Assembly: GCA_022562475.1 (NCBI GenBank)
Contig: JADFPD010000001.1
Location: forward strand, 15,172 to 79,171
Length of the DNA: 64,000 nucleotides
Reading direction: 5' to 3'
Source of the DNA: Chloroflexota bacterium
GTDB lineage: Bacteria; Chloroflexota; Dehalococcoidia; Lucifugimonadales; UBA3495
The notes beneath the pieces are model-generated. The model made no database searches, had not been told where the DNA came from, and was given only the letters and a program-made list of their open reading frames with translations. This document shows positions 18,736 to 28,262 of the stretch, in pieces. Positions within the stretch are counted from its first letter, which is position 1; each line of letters opens with the position of its first letter. Position numbers and translations under genes: made by a program.

Positions 18736-20127
18736 TTAGTCTTCCCTGAAGACCGCCGGGATTGTCACCCGGCCGATCTTTATCTCTGTTCTTAGGATCT
18801 CGCCCTCTTTGATGTCGTAGAGCGGGATCAGCGGCACCACCCTGGCGATGGTCAGCATCAGCATGGAGACCATGGCGAAGGTGCCTATGATAATGATCCA
18901 TTCCACCGAACTGGGCCGGTAGGTGTACCAGTCAAAGGTCAGCAACTGCTTGCGGGCCAGGCCGGGCACGATGATCAAGAACCGCTCCAGCCACATGCCT
19001 ATGTTCACCGAGACACACGCGAGGGACATGATCCACAGGTTCCTGCGCATGGACCTGCTGAGCCAGATGGAAACCGGCACGAAGTAAGTTAACCCCACGA
19101 ATATCATCATCCAGATGTTCCACGGGCTGACCGTAAACTGGAAGTTTCTGACGGCTATCTCGTCCGCCTCACGGCCGTAGAAGCCAAAGATGACTTCCAT
19201 CACGAAGAAGTAGAACCATCCGGTGGCCACCACGATCAGAAGCCGGGCCAGAGCATCGATATGCTCGTGACGGATATAGTTCTGCCAACTGTAGATGTAG
19301 CGCAGAATGATCAATACCAGGGCAACGGCCGACACCCCTGAGTGGACCGCGCCCACCACGAAGTAAGGGGCAAATATCGTTGAGTGCCAAGACTTGACGG
19401 AGACCGCCATTCCGAAGTCCCAGGACACTATGCTGTGCACCGAGACGAACACCGGAAGGATCAATGCCGATAGCAGGACCCCGGCGATAACCTGCAATTT
19501 CCATTGCCTGGCGTTGCCCTGCCAACCCATGGCCAGCATTCCATAGATGCGATGGCTGATACCGGTAGTACGGTCGCGCAAAACCGCGAAGTCAGGGATC
19601 AACGCCACCATGACGAAAAGGATACTCGACGTCAAATAGGTGTAAACGGCGCTGGGGTCCCAGACCAAAGGCGACCGGATGTTGGGCCAGATGCCACGGG
19701 CGAAGTCGAACGGGATGAACGGCAGCGTGTAGATCCAATAGACCGTGCGCCACGGGCGGCCGGTATGGATCAGCGGCATCATCATGGCTGTCATCAGCGA
19801 GAAGACGGTCAATATCTCGGCTGCCCGGGTGGCGGGACGCCGCCATTCGGCCTTGGACAGGCGTAGGATGGCCGAGAGCATCACACCGGCGTGGCTGATA
19901 CCGATCCAAAAAACGAAGTTGGTGATGAAGAAGCCCCACATCACCGGACGGTTCAGGCCGGTCACGCCGAAGCCTTGGTTGATCATGAAGCCGGCGGCGC
20001 TCATGGCGGCAAGCACGATGAAGCCAAGGATCGCAAGGGCCATGAAAAACCACTTGGGCGAGTTCAGGATACTGACCAGCAGTTCCCTGTTTACCTGTCT
20101 AGAATTTAGCGGTTTGCCTTCCTGCAT
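18736..20127 (-). CDS. actF: ACIII NrfD/PsrC-family integral membrane subunit (ActF-like)
   Basis: 463 aa polytopic NrfD-like protein. It is the second such paralog in the cluster. Confidence 0.8.
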   Translation of the reverse strand: MQEGKPLNSRQVNRELLVSILNSPKWFFMALAILGFIVLAAMSAAGFMINQGFGVTGLNRPVMWGFFITNFVFWIGISHAGVMLSAILRLSKAEWRRPATRAAEILTVFSLMTAMMMPLIHTGRPWRTVYWIYTLPFIPFDFARGIWPNIRSPLVWDPSAVYTYLTSSILFVMVALIPDFAVLRDRTTGISHRIYGMLAMGWQGNARQWKLQVIAGVLLSALILPVFVSVHSIVSWDFGMAVSVKSWHSTIFAPYFVVGAVHSGVSAVALVLIILRYIYSWQNYIRHEHIDALARLLIVVATGWFYFFVMEVIFGFYGREADEIAVRNFQFTVSPWNIWMMIFVGLTYFVPVSIWLSRSMRRNLWIMSLACVSVNIGMWLERFLIIVPGLARKQLLTFDWYTYRPSSVEWIIIIGTFAMVSMLMLTIARVVPLIPLYDIKEGEILRTEIKIGRVTIPAVFRED

Positions 20128-20154
20128 GATGCTCCGCCGGGTTAATACTTCGAA

Positions 20155-21585
20155 TTACTCAGGTTTGCCCAATATTAGATATTCGCCACGCATAAACTTG
20201 CCCCACTTTTGGTACAGCGTGCCTTCCTTGACCTCCCAGAGCGAGATCAAGGGCAGCATCTTGGTGGCTGCCAGGTAGATGAAGATGGCCGCGCCGAGTC
20301 CTCCGACCACCATGAAAACGTCCCAGACGTCCGGATAGACCGGCGCGGGAAGGTGTTCAAATGTCAAATTGTATATATCTGACCCAGGAGCGGCGTTGGC
20401 CGACCCGACAAAGACCCTGATGTTGAACATCAGGCCGCCGAACAGCACCATCAATCCGGCGAGGGCCGGCCCCCAGGCGCTGCGGCGAACGGGGTTCCAG
20501 AGCAGTACCGCAAAGGGCGCGGCAAAACTGAATATCAGGTTCAGAAGGAAGATTATGGCGTAGGTATCAACCACCAAGTATTTGATGATGTTCTGTTCCA
20601 CTTCCAACCGGCCGTACCAGAAGGTGATGAAGAAGGCGAACAGGTGGTAGACCCAAAGCAGGGTTACCCCCAAAAGCACTTTGCTGGCCGACCAGAAAGT
20701 CGACTTGCCGATATAGCCTTCGTAGCCGCCCCATCGCCGCATGATGAACAGGACGACGAGGATCGCGCCGAGGGACATCTGGAGGCTAGATATCGTGTAG
20801 ATAACCGGGAATATCGAGTCTTTCCACCCGGGGATCAAGCTCTGAGCGTAATCGGAGCTGATCACGAAATGTATGAAGACCAGAATCATGAAATAGAATG
20901 CGCCTAGCAGCGCAAGCCCCGCTTTCTGAGCGTTCCATTGACGCTTGGTGCCGTACCAATTACCGGCCAATTTGTTGTATAGCCAGCGTCTGAAACCGGT
21001 GGCGGTGAAGCGGCACTCGGCCATGTCCGGCATCGCGGATAACCAGAGTATCGCCAGGGACGTTATCGTCAGGAACGCAACCCCTACCAGGTCCCAAGCA
21101 TGAGGGGAGCCTATCGGGCCCTCGAACCAGATGGTCCTCCGGACTGCCATCTGGCCTTCCACAACCCCCTCTGGATTGCCTATGGACGGGAGTAAGAACA
21201 TCAGGGGGATGAACATTAGAAGGTTCAAGATTCCAACTATGGCAAACAGTTCCGCAACCCGTGAAAGTGGCCTGCGCCAGTGGCTCTTGGTGAAACGGAA
21301 TGCCACCGCCACCAAGGGCGCTCCGCTGGTAACCATAAAAACCATGGAGAAGATGGCCATGTAATAGCCCCAGGGAGCGATCTCGCCGAACCCGTCATCG
21401 ATGGCGCGGGCTATGAACCCCACGATGCCCAGAAAGAACAAGACACCGGTCACCGCCAAAGCCATGGTGAAAGGCTGAGGCATGGCCTTCGTCTTTTCCC
21501 CCATGTCTTGAGTCATCACCGTGGCATCGGGGAATACCCACATGCCGGCGTGTTGACCGTGACCCTTTGGTTCGATTACCGCCAT
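20155..21585 (-). CDS. actC: ACIII NrfD/PsrC-family integral membrane subunit (ActC-like)
   Basis: 476 aa polytopic NrfD-like protein. It starts 4 nt after the Fe-S subunit gene. Confidence 0.8.
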   Translation of the reverse strand: MAVIEPKGHGQHAGMWVFPDATVMTQDMGEKTKAMPQPFTMALAVTGVLFFLGIVGFIARAIDDGFGEIAPWGYYMAIFSMVFMVTSGAPLVAVAFRFTKSHWRRPLSRVAELFAIVGILNLLMFIPLMFLLPSIGNPEGVVEGQMAVRRTIWFEGPIGSPHAWDLVGVAFLTITSLAILWLSAMPDMAECRFTATGFRRWLYNKLAGNWYGTKRQWNAQKAGLALLGAFYFMILVFIHFVISSDYAQSLIPGWKDSIFPVIYTISSLQMSLGAILVVLFIMRRWGGYEGYIGKSTFWSASKVLLGVTLLWVYHLFAFFITFWYGRLEVEQNIIKYLVVDTYAIIFLLNLIFSFAAPFAVLLWNPVRRSAWGPALAGLMVLFGGLMFNIRVFVGSANAAPGSDIYNLTFEHLPAPVYPDVWDVFMVVGGLGAAIFIYLAATKMLPLISLWEVKEGTLYQKWGKFMRGEYLILGKPE

Positions 21586-21589
21586 CTAA

Positions 21590-22420
21590 CTAGGCCTTAT
21601 CCAACGGGAATGGTTCAACTTTCTTCAGGTAGATCACATTGGGCTTAGTGCCGATCTCTTCAAACAGCCGGTAGACACGGGTGTGGGCTTCATCAACGTG
21701 CCCGCCCTGATGCCGGGTCTCGATCTGTTCATTGGCCTCGTCGAAATACTCCTTCACCGGGCCGGTGTTGTCATTTTGGTCAGCGAATTGCAAAGCGTTG
21801 GTCGGGCAGGCCTGGACGCAGGCAGGCAGATAGTTGCCCTCTTTCATCTGACGGTAATTGAGTTTCCGGTCGGCGGCCGGGATCCTTTCGCCGGTCAAGG
21901 GCTCGATGCCGCGCCGTTCCACGTTCACCTCACCGCGGCGCAGGCGTTGCACGCAGAAAGAGCACTTCTCCATGATGCCCCGGGTCCTGATGGTCACATC
22001 GGGGTTCAACTGGTTCCGTAGGCTCTTCGGCCACTTCGGGTCCCAGAAGTTAAACATCCGGACGGTGTAGGGGCAGTTCACCGAACAATAGCGGGTCCCG
22101 ATACAGCGGTTGTAGACCTGTACATTCATCCCTTCGTCGTTGTGGTAGGTGGCGAACACCGGGCAAACCGGCTCGCAGGGTGCGTTCTCGCAGTGCTGGC
22201 ACATAATGGGGATGAACTTGGCCTTGACGTTGGGGAACTCGCCTTCCCAATACCGCTCGATGCGTATCCAGTGGTAGGCCCGCCGTTGCTGGTAAAAAGA
22301 CTTGGTATTTATCGGAATGTTGTTCTCTGCTTGGCAGGCCACAACACAGGCCTGGCATCCGGTGCACCGGTCCAGGTCCACTACCATTCCCCATTTATGG
22401 TCTATGCGCTGAGTAACCAT
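21590..22420 (-). CDS. actB: ACIII iron-sulfur subunit (ActB2; 4Fe-4S ferredoxin, PsrB/NrfC-like)
   Basis: Multiple Cys clusters: CTGCQACVVAC, CQHCENAPCEPVCP, CIGTRYCSVNCP and CVQACP. Confidence 0.88.
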   Translation of the reverse strand: MVTQRIDHKWGMVVDLDRCTGCQACVVACQAENNIPINTKSFYQQRRAYHWIRIERYWEGEFPNVKAKFIPIMCQHCENAPCEPVCPVFATYHNDEGMNVQVYNRCIGTRYCSVNCPYTVRMFNFWDPKWPKSLRNQLNPDVTIRTRGIMEKCSFCVQRLRRGEVNVERRGIEPLTGERIPAADRKLNYRQMKEGNYLPACVQACPTNALQFADQNDNTGPVKEYFDEANEQIETRHQGGHVDEAHTRVYRLFEEIGTKPNVIYLKKVEPFPLDKA

Positions 22421-22474
22421 TGATCAACCTGTCTCTTTGCGTTTTATCGTCGAATCGTCGCCGGCCAGGCGCCC

Positions 22475-24793
22475 TTAAGCGTTCTCCGGGGCGATGGTCT
22501 TGATGATTTCTTCACCAGGCGTCAGGCCGATCTCCACCGCCCTGACGTCGCCCTCCAACTTGGAGATGCTGATACTCTCCCCGGTCTTGGACACTCGCAC
22601 CCTGGTCCCGGCCCATGCCAAAGAGCCGGTGTCTTTCACCAGGGTCGTCTCCAATATGTCCATGACATTGGAGCTTTCGCTGCCGCTGCGGTCGGTGGCG
22701 TATTCCGACCCGTGCTTGCGCCCTTGGCCGAACGGCACGCTCACGGTATCGGGAGGCACGGCTGGCGTCGGGTAAGCCACGGCCCTGATGGAATCTTTGG
22801 AAGACGTTAGACGGAGGATGTCCCCTTCCTTCACTCCCATGCTTTTAGCCGTGGTGTCGTTCAACTCAACCCACGTCTGCCAAGTAACCGTGGACAATGG
22901 GTCCGGCGCTGCTTGGAGCCACGGGAGATGCCCATTGTAGCCGTCCAGTAGGGTGTTGTGGGCGAAAGGAACCAAGTAGAACGAATCGGCGCCGATGCCG
23001 AATCCATCAAATACAGGGCTCGACGCCTTCTCCGCGATGGTCCGTAAAAGCCCGTCGGCCGGCCGCACGCTGGTGGGGCCGTTACGGAGTTCGTCCCACC
23101 ACCCGCCGCGCCGCAGTAGGTTGTTCCAGAATTCATCGGCGGAAGACGCTTCGATGGAACCCCGGTTCAGATTGAACAAAGCGTCGGAGCCTTCCCGGAG
23201 CATGGCCTTGAAATTGGCCCACGGCAGGTCTGATTCCTTTCCGAGTTCCTGGGCCATGGTCAACAGAACGTCGGGGAAACTCAGGGGGTCAAGGTCGAAC
23301 AGCGGGTTCACCACCGGCTGTTGGAATCCCACGACCTGGTACCCGGGACCTGGTTCGGAGATATCGTCGCCCCAGTCCTCCAGATATACACGGTCGGGGA
23401 GAATGAGGTCGGCCATCACGCTGGTGTCGTCCAAGAAAGGCGAGAAGCTGACCACGAATAGGTCATTGGCCTGGGCGATGGCGTCCCTAAGTTGCAGGGA
23501 GTCGGGCAGGCCGTGCACCGGATCTGCGCCGTGCAGCAGTAACAGTTTCGTCTTTCCGCTGCGGATCTGGTCGGTAACGCGGGCCCAGTCTTCCAGGCTG
23601 CCCGCGGTGCTGGCGTTGGGGACATCGGCCCAAGGACTGGCGGGATTGAATTTGACCCCACCTTTTTTGCCGACGCTTCCCACCAGGAAGTTGAGGGCGT
23701 AGATGGCCTCCAAGTTGAAAAGGCCGTTGCTCTGGGCCCCGGCGGAGCCGCCGCCGATGGCGACGCTGGGCCGGTTGGCGGCGAAACTGCGGGCTAGGCT
23801 CTTCAGGAAATTCACCGGGTCTCCGCCGGTCATTTCCGGGGTTAGCCCGGCCAATGGGACCACGATCTCGGGCCGGAAGTTATTCAGGGTCTGGATGCCG
23901 GGAGCACCGCCGACCAGTGAGTCCACGTCGACGCCTCTGGCTTGGAGGTTCTCCGACACGATCACCTGGGCCAAGCTGAGCGCCAGGTAGCCTTCCCAAC
24001 CGGGCCGCACCGGCAGCCATTTGTCGGCGTTGGCCGCGGTCATGGAGAACCGGGAATCTATCTGATAGAACATGCCCCGGCCGCGCCCTGCGCCCTGGCG
24101 GAACTCGCCAAACCCACGGTTGAACCGGGTCGGAGAGACCCAGGTGGAAAGGAAATCCGCACCGAAGGAGAGGATGAACTTACTGTTCTCCAGATCGAAG
24201 TCGGGCAGAGAGTCCTGTTGGAAGACGTTCTTGACCGCGGTCCGGAAGGTATTGTTGTCGATGGCTTCAAAGCCCAAACGCTCGCCGCCGATGGCAGCTA
24301 CGAAGCGGTCTGCCAGAAGCGCCATGTGCCCTCTGAGGGGCTCGGTGATCATCACCGAAGATGAGCCGTTGGCCTGGAGAGCGCTCCGGAGAGAGTCCAT
24401 GCCGTTGGGCTGCCAATTGATCGGCAGAAACTCCCCTGAACCACGGGGGCCGCTGCGGCGCATGGGCGTCGGTATCCGGTCCGGATGGTAAAGGGCCTGG
24501 AGTCCTGCTTCGCAACGGGCGTGGGTCTTCCCTTGGTTGGTCGGATAGTAGGGGTTTCCCTGTATCTTCTTGGCCCGGCCTTCCATCACCCGTATGACGA
24601 TGCCCTCGCAAGACGGGCAGGTCCGGCACAGGCTGGCATACCAGTTGTCGCTTCCCCGGACCAGGTCTTCCGGCAATCGGACGGAGCTTTGGATATCCAA
24701 TTCTCCGCGACGGATGCCAAAGCCCTCACAAGCAACGGCTCCCACCGCGCCCAGGCCGGCCCAGGCAAGAAAATTTCGCCGGGTTAGTTTCAT
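22475..24793 (-). CDS. actB: ACIII molybdopterin-oxidoreductase-like subunit (ActB1) with Tat signal
   Basis: Twin-arginine signal MKLTRRNFLAWAGLG. The N-terminal Cys cluster is CRTCPSC...C. 772 aa with a molybdopterin-oxidoreductase fold. Confidence 0.85.
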   Translation of the reverse strand: MKLTRRNFLAWAGLGAVGAVACEGFGIRRGELDIQSSVRLPEDLVRGSDNWYASLCRTCPSCEGIVIRVMEGRAKKIQGNPYYPTNQGKTHARCEAGLQALYHPDRIPTPMRRSGPRGSGEFLPINWQPNGMDSLRSALQANGSSSVMITEPLRGHMALLADRFVAAIGGERLGFEAIDNNTFRTAVKNVFQQDSLPDFDLENSKFILSFGADFLSTWVSPTRFNRGFGEFRQGAGRGRGMFYQIDSRFSMTAANADKWLPVRPGWEGYLALSLAQVIVSENLQARGVDVDSLVGGAPGIQTLNNFRPEIVVPLAGLTPEMTGGDPVNFLKSLARSFAANRPSVAIGGGSAGAQSNGLFNLEAIYALNFLVGSVGKKGGVKFNPASPWADVPNASTAGSLEDWARVTDQIRSGKTKLLLLHGADPVHGLPDSLQLRDAIAQANDLFVVSFSPFLDDTSVMADLILPDRVYLEDWGDDISEPGPGYQVVGFQQPVVNPLFDLDPLSFPDVLLTMAQELGKESDLPWANFKAMLREGSDALFNLNRGSIEASSADEFWNNLLRRGGWWDELRNGPTSVRPADGLLRTIAEKASSPVFDGFGIGADSFYLVPFAHNTLLDGYNGHLPWLQAAPDPLSTVTWQTWVELNDTTAKSMGVKEGDILRLTSSKDSIRAVAYPTPAVPPDTVSVPFGQGRKHGSEYATDRSGSESSNVMDILETTLVKDTGSLAWAGTRVRVSKTGESISISKLEGDVRAVEIGLTPGEEIIKTIAPENA

Positions 24794-24825
24794 CTACCTT
24801 TGACCCTGGTTCGCATCAAAATCCA

Positions 24826-25452
24826 TCACTTGTGGCAGACCGTGCAATCAGTGGGTACGCTGTTGTTCCGATGACAATCTACGCAGGTCCCCATCTTCAG
24901 CGACTGGCCCGTCTTGGGTTGCACTACTGTTTTGTTGCCAACGTCTCCATGGCATATGGTGCACGTCTGAGCGACATCGAGTGACTGGATGATCTCTTCT
25001 CCGTTGATGCCGTATTTAACGGGAATCGTCTCATCGGTGAAGTACCTGATGTGGGCTTCATGGATGAAGCGGACGTGGTCGGGGAGACGGTGGACCCGCT
25101 CCCAGTTTATCGGCGTGTCGGTCTCGAAGGCAGTCCTGATCTTCTCGATCTCTGATTGAGCGGTGACAGTCCCGCCGTCGATGTCTTTATGGCAGAAGAG
25201 GCAGGTCTCCACGGCAGGCACGGTAGCTGCCGCGCCCTTGGTCACATTCCGGTGACAGAACTCACACTGGATATTGTTCTCCGCCACATGGACCGTGTGG
25301 GGGAATGCGATCGGTTGCGCCGGAGCGTTGCCGAGGCCGAACGGGGGGTTGGAGAACCAGGATATGAACAGAACGACCACGATGAAGCCCATTATTACGG
25401 TTACGACCCCTCCGGCCACCATGAGGGGCAACATTTTCCGGCTTGGCATCAT
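24826..25452 (-). CDS. actA: ACIII pentaheme cytochrome c subunit (ActA)
   Basis: N-terminal TM anchor and five CxxCH motifs: CEFCH, CLFCH, CTICH, CVDCH and CTVCH. Confidence 0.88.
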   Translation of the reverse strand: MMPSRKMLPLMVAGGVVTVIMGFIVVVLFISWFSNPPFGLGNAPAQPIAFPHTVHVAENNIQCEFCHRNVTKGAAATVPAVETCLFCHKDIDGGTVTAQSEIEKIRTAFETDTPINWERVHRLPDHVRFIHEAHIRYFTDETIPVKYGINGEEIIQSLDVAQTCTICHGDVGNKTVVQPKTGQSLKMGTCVDCHRNNSVPTDCTVCHK

Positions 25453-25516
25453 CTAGTCGGTTGTTCCATTCAATTTCTATTTACCTTTCTACTGGCGCCG
25501 AGGTTCGGGCGCTGGC

Positions 25517-25813
25517 CTAGATCAAGAACCGGTTGTAGATCTCCCGGACATCCAGCGTTGCGTTGATCCCAAGGACCAAGATAACCACGCCGGCGGAGAA
25601 CAGCAGAACCGCGAACACGGTTAAGGGGGGCCTCAGGCGCTGGGCCGATTCAGGGAGTTGGCCTGTGTTCACTAAGGAAGGGATTATCGCGTGAGCCGTC
25701 AATAAGGTAAGCGCAAACGTCACCACGATGGGGAAATAGATCCAGAACCACTGAAGGAACATGTGGATGTTATTCCACTCAACACTCGTTAATGCCTTTG
25801 GATCATCGAACAT
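25517..25813 (-). CDS. small two-TM membrane protein, first gene of the ACIII string
   Basis: 98 aa with two hydrophobic helices (WFWIYFPIVVTFALTLLTAHAII and LTVFAVLLFSAGVVILVLG). I recognise no family. Confidence 0.5.
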   Translation of the reverse strand: MFDDPKALTSVEWNNIHMFLQWFWIYFPIVVTFALTLLTAHAIIPSLVNTGQLPESAQRLRPPLTVFAVLLFSAGVVILVLGINATLDVREIYNRFLI

Positions 25814-25876
25814 CGGTGCACTTTAGCGGTTAAAATCGACGAATCTGCGGGTGTTTTTCCTGCCTAGCCCATGCGC

Positions 25877-25899
25877 AAAAAAGCCTCCGGTCAGAGGCC
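25877..25899 (-). terminator. rho-independent terminator after the deacetylase gene
   Basis: The minus strand reads GGCCTC-TGACCG-GAGGCT followed by TTTTTT. Confidence 0.55.
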
Positions 25900-26048
25900 A
25901 AGTGAAAAATATCACAACTGCCTATGGGTGTCAAGGGATTTCAGCTACGATTACGCTTGGCCGGGGACTCACCGCGGCGGTATGATCCGGCCCCGGTTTT
26001 GGGCGTGTTACATGGCCGGTTTTGCCGGTGGCGCCGTGAGCCCGAATT

Positions 26049-26951
26049 TTACGCTGGCGGGTTGTTATTGAACCAGTCGATGATCTCCGAACCCGATGCG
26101 GACCAGACTCCGTCGTGACCCATTATGTGGGCCAAGGCTTCTTCCAGATAGCCGATGCGGAAGGGCTGGCCCACCAGCCACGGGTGGAGATTGATCGCCA
26201 AGAGCCGTCCGTTGTCCTCGCCGTCCTGGTACATGATATCGAAGCAGTCCTTCAACGATTGGGCGTAGCGCTCGATCTCCACGCGGCGGTTGGACATGGC
26301 GAACACGTCGTCCATCTCCAGCATCGTCGGCAGCGCGACCAGACCGTCCGCCATGGGATAGGGCTGCTCGTCGTTGACCCAATCGCACAGGTAATCGATG
26401 CCGGCTTTACGTAGCAGGTCTGGGGTCCGCTCCGATTCTCCGTAGTCGGTCCCGAACCAGCCCCGGGGCGCCGAGCCGGTGGCCTTCTTCATCGCATCCA
26501 TGGAAGAGCGGATGAAGTCTGCTTCTTCTTCGATGGACATATCCCCTGAGATCATCTGGCTCCCGGAAACGCCGTGGGCAATGATCTCGCACCCCCGGTC
26601 CAGGCAATGCTTCACCAGGTAGGGGTAGCCTTCGGCGGTCTGGGCGTCCATGGCTACGGTTGCTTTTATGCCCAGGCGTTCCAGCGTGTCCAGCACCCTG
26701 AAGATGCCCACCCGGTGGCCGTACTCCCGGTGGGAAAACCGGGGGTAGTCGGGGAAGGGACGCAGGCCCAAGCCGCCGGCTTGGTCGGCGCTGAAGCTGC
26801 CCTCCGGCGGCTCCCATTCGGCGTGCTCCAGGGTAACGATGACGCACAAGGCGACTCTGGCGTTGTTGGGCCAGTTAAGTTTGCCACGAGTGGATATAGG
26901 GGACCACTCGTGGTGCTCGTGGTCCATCCCTTGTCGTCTTTTAGCGGGCAT
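26049..26951 (-). CDS. polysaccharide deacetylase family protein (PuuE/allantoinase-like), paralog 1
   Basis: 300 aa, including WPNNARVALCVIVTLEHAEW...REYGHRVGIFRVLDTLERLGIKATV...INLHPWLVGQPFRIGYLEEAL. Confidence 0.85.
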   Translation of the reverse strand: MPAKRRQGMDHEHHEWSPISTRGKLNWPNNARVALCVIVTLEHAEWEPPEGSFSADQAGGLGLRPFPDYPRFSHREYGHRVGIFRVLDTLERLGIKATVAMDAQTAEGYPYLVKHCLDRGCEIIAHGVSGSQMISGDMSIEEEADFIRSSMDAMKKATGSAPRGWFGTDYGESERTPDLLRKAGIDYLCDWVNDEQPYPMADGLVALPTMLEMDDVFAMSNRRVEIERYAQSLKDCFDIMYQDGEDNGRLLAINLHPWLVGQPFRIGYLEEALAHIMGHDGVWSASGSEIIDWFNNNPPA

Positions 26952-27022
26952 GTGGCAGGTCTCCTAGGGCCTTAGATTTTGAAATGCTAGCACCTATTTT
27001 CGGAAAATCCCTTTACGCTCAT

Positions 27023-27050
27023 CCGTTCACCCTGAACCTGTCGGAGGGCG
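27023..27050. repeat. short intergenic hairpin element (family with 56829-56857)
   Basis: CCGTTCACCCTGAACCTGTCGGAGGGCG compares with CCGTTCGTGGTGAGCCTGTCGAACCACCG. The loop core GA.CCTGTCG is shared, and the stem halves differ in a compensatory way. Confidence 0.4.
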
Positions 27051-27139
27051 CATGGTAAGTGGTCCGGCATCCTCATGCGGAAGGACACCATGAGCGGAAT
27101 CAGCGACAACGGTTTTTTGCGGCCAGGTTTCTAGACCGG

Positions 27140-28048
27140 CTAAGCCTTGAACTGTTGGGCGTGGTCCACCGCTTGGTCGTAGTAGTTCTCGATGTAATAC
27201 TCTGCGATGTCGTCGGCGGTGGTCTGCCAGACGCCGTCGTGAGACATGATGTAGCTGAGAATCTCATCCAGGTATTTGATGCGGTGGGGTTGGCCGATCA
27301 GGAAGGGATGGAGGGCGATGCACATGACCCGTCCGCTCTCTGCCCCCTCCTTATAGAGCTGGTCGAACTGCCTCTTGCAGATCTCGGCGAAATAATCGGC
27401 TTCGTAGTTCACCCGGAACAATGGCGAGTCGTTCAACTCGATGGAATAAGGGACCGAGACCAGCTTGCCCGACTCCACGTTGATCGGCACCGGCTGGTCG
27501 TCATGCATCCAGTCCGTGTGGTAGATCAGCCCGGCCTCGGCCATCAGGTCCGGGGTGCGGACCGTGCCCGAGATGGCCGGACCCAGCATGCCCTTCAACT
27601 GTTTGCCGGTCTCACGTTTCAGGGTATCGATATTGTCCCGGTAGAACTCCCGTTCCTCCTCTTCCGTGTAGGCGTAGAGGTAGCGGGTGTTGTAGATGCC
27701 GTGGCTCATGAAATCCCAGTCCCGTTCCACCATTGCGTCGCGAATCTCCGGGAAGTGTTCCAGTACGGCCAAGTTCAGGGACACGCAGGCACGGATCTTG
27801 TGTTGGTCCAAAACCTCGAGCATGCGCCAGAACCCGACCCGGTTGCCGTAGTCCCGGTAGGAATATTGCTGTACGTCGGGATATGGGGTGCGCGGCCAAG
27901 GGTCGCGGGGCCCGTACTTAACGGGCATGTATTCGTAGTGCTCCACATTGGGAGCGATCCATAACGCCACCCGTTCGCCGTTGGGCCATTTGATGGGCGG
28001 GCGTTCGATGATTGGGCTGTAATCTACGCGATGCGGAGGGAGGGACAT
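27140..28048 (-). CDS. polysaccharide deacetylase family protein (PuuE-like), paralog 2
   Basis: The start is set at MSLPPHRVDYSPIIERPPIKWPNGERVALWIAPNVEHYEY (ATG at 28046-28048, GGAGG upstream). The track ORF carries a spurious 90-aa extension. Confidence 0.85.
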   Translation of the reverse strand: MSLPPHRVDYSPIIERPPIKWPNGERVALWIAPNVEHYEYMPVKYGPRDPWPRTPYPDVQQYSYRDYGNRVGFWRMLEVLDQHKIRACVSLNLAVLEHFPEIRDAMVERDWDFMSHGIYNTRYLYAYTEEEEREFYRDNIDTLKRETGKQLKGMLGPAISGTVRTPDLMAEAGLIYHTDWMHDDQPVPINVESGKLVSVPYSIELNDSPLFRVNYEADYFAEICKRQFDQLYKEGAESGRVMCIALHPFLIGQPHRIKYLDEILSYIMSHDGVWQTTADDIAEYYIENYYDQAVDHAQQFKA

Positions 28049-28262
28049 GGCTTGAGGCCTCCTATCTTGATGCGGCCGGCCGGATTGTGTGCCCAGACTA
28101 GGGTAATCGACTGTGACTGTCAAATGTTTCCGCCCACCGGCGTGTCTGTTGTCCAGCGGGGTGAGCCGATTGGCTCTGGTAAAACCTGGGAAGATAAAGC
28201 AAAATATCGGCGAGCAATTTTCGACAATGAATGCCGGGCGTTGAACGCCAGGAGGGGACCGG

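Noticed and set aside
22475-24793. Reading the Mo-pterin-like subunit plus Fe-S plus NrfD genes as a polysulfide/tetrathionate/Qrc-type reductase
   Set aside because: The cluster also contains a pentaheme cytochrome, a second NrfD paralog, a DUF3341-like subunit and a monoheme cytochrome. This is the ACIII composition. A catalytic molybdoenzyme cannot be excluded without a ligand-residue alignment.
27059-27964. 301-aa ORF on the plus strand
   Set aside because: It is antisense to the second PuuE-like deacetylase, whose translation has clear family motifs. This is a high-GC shadow ORF.
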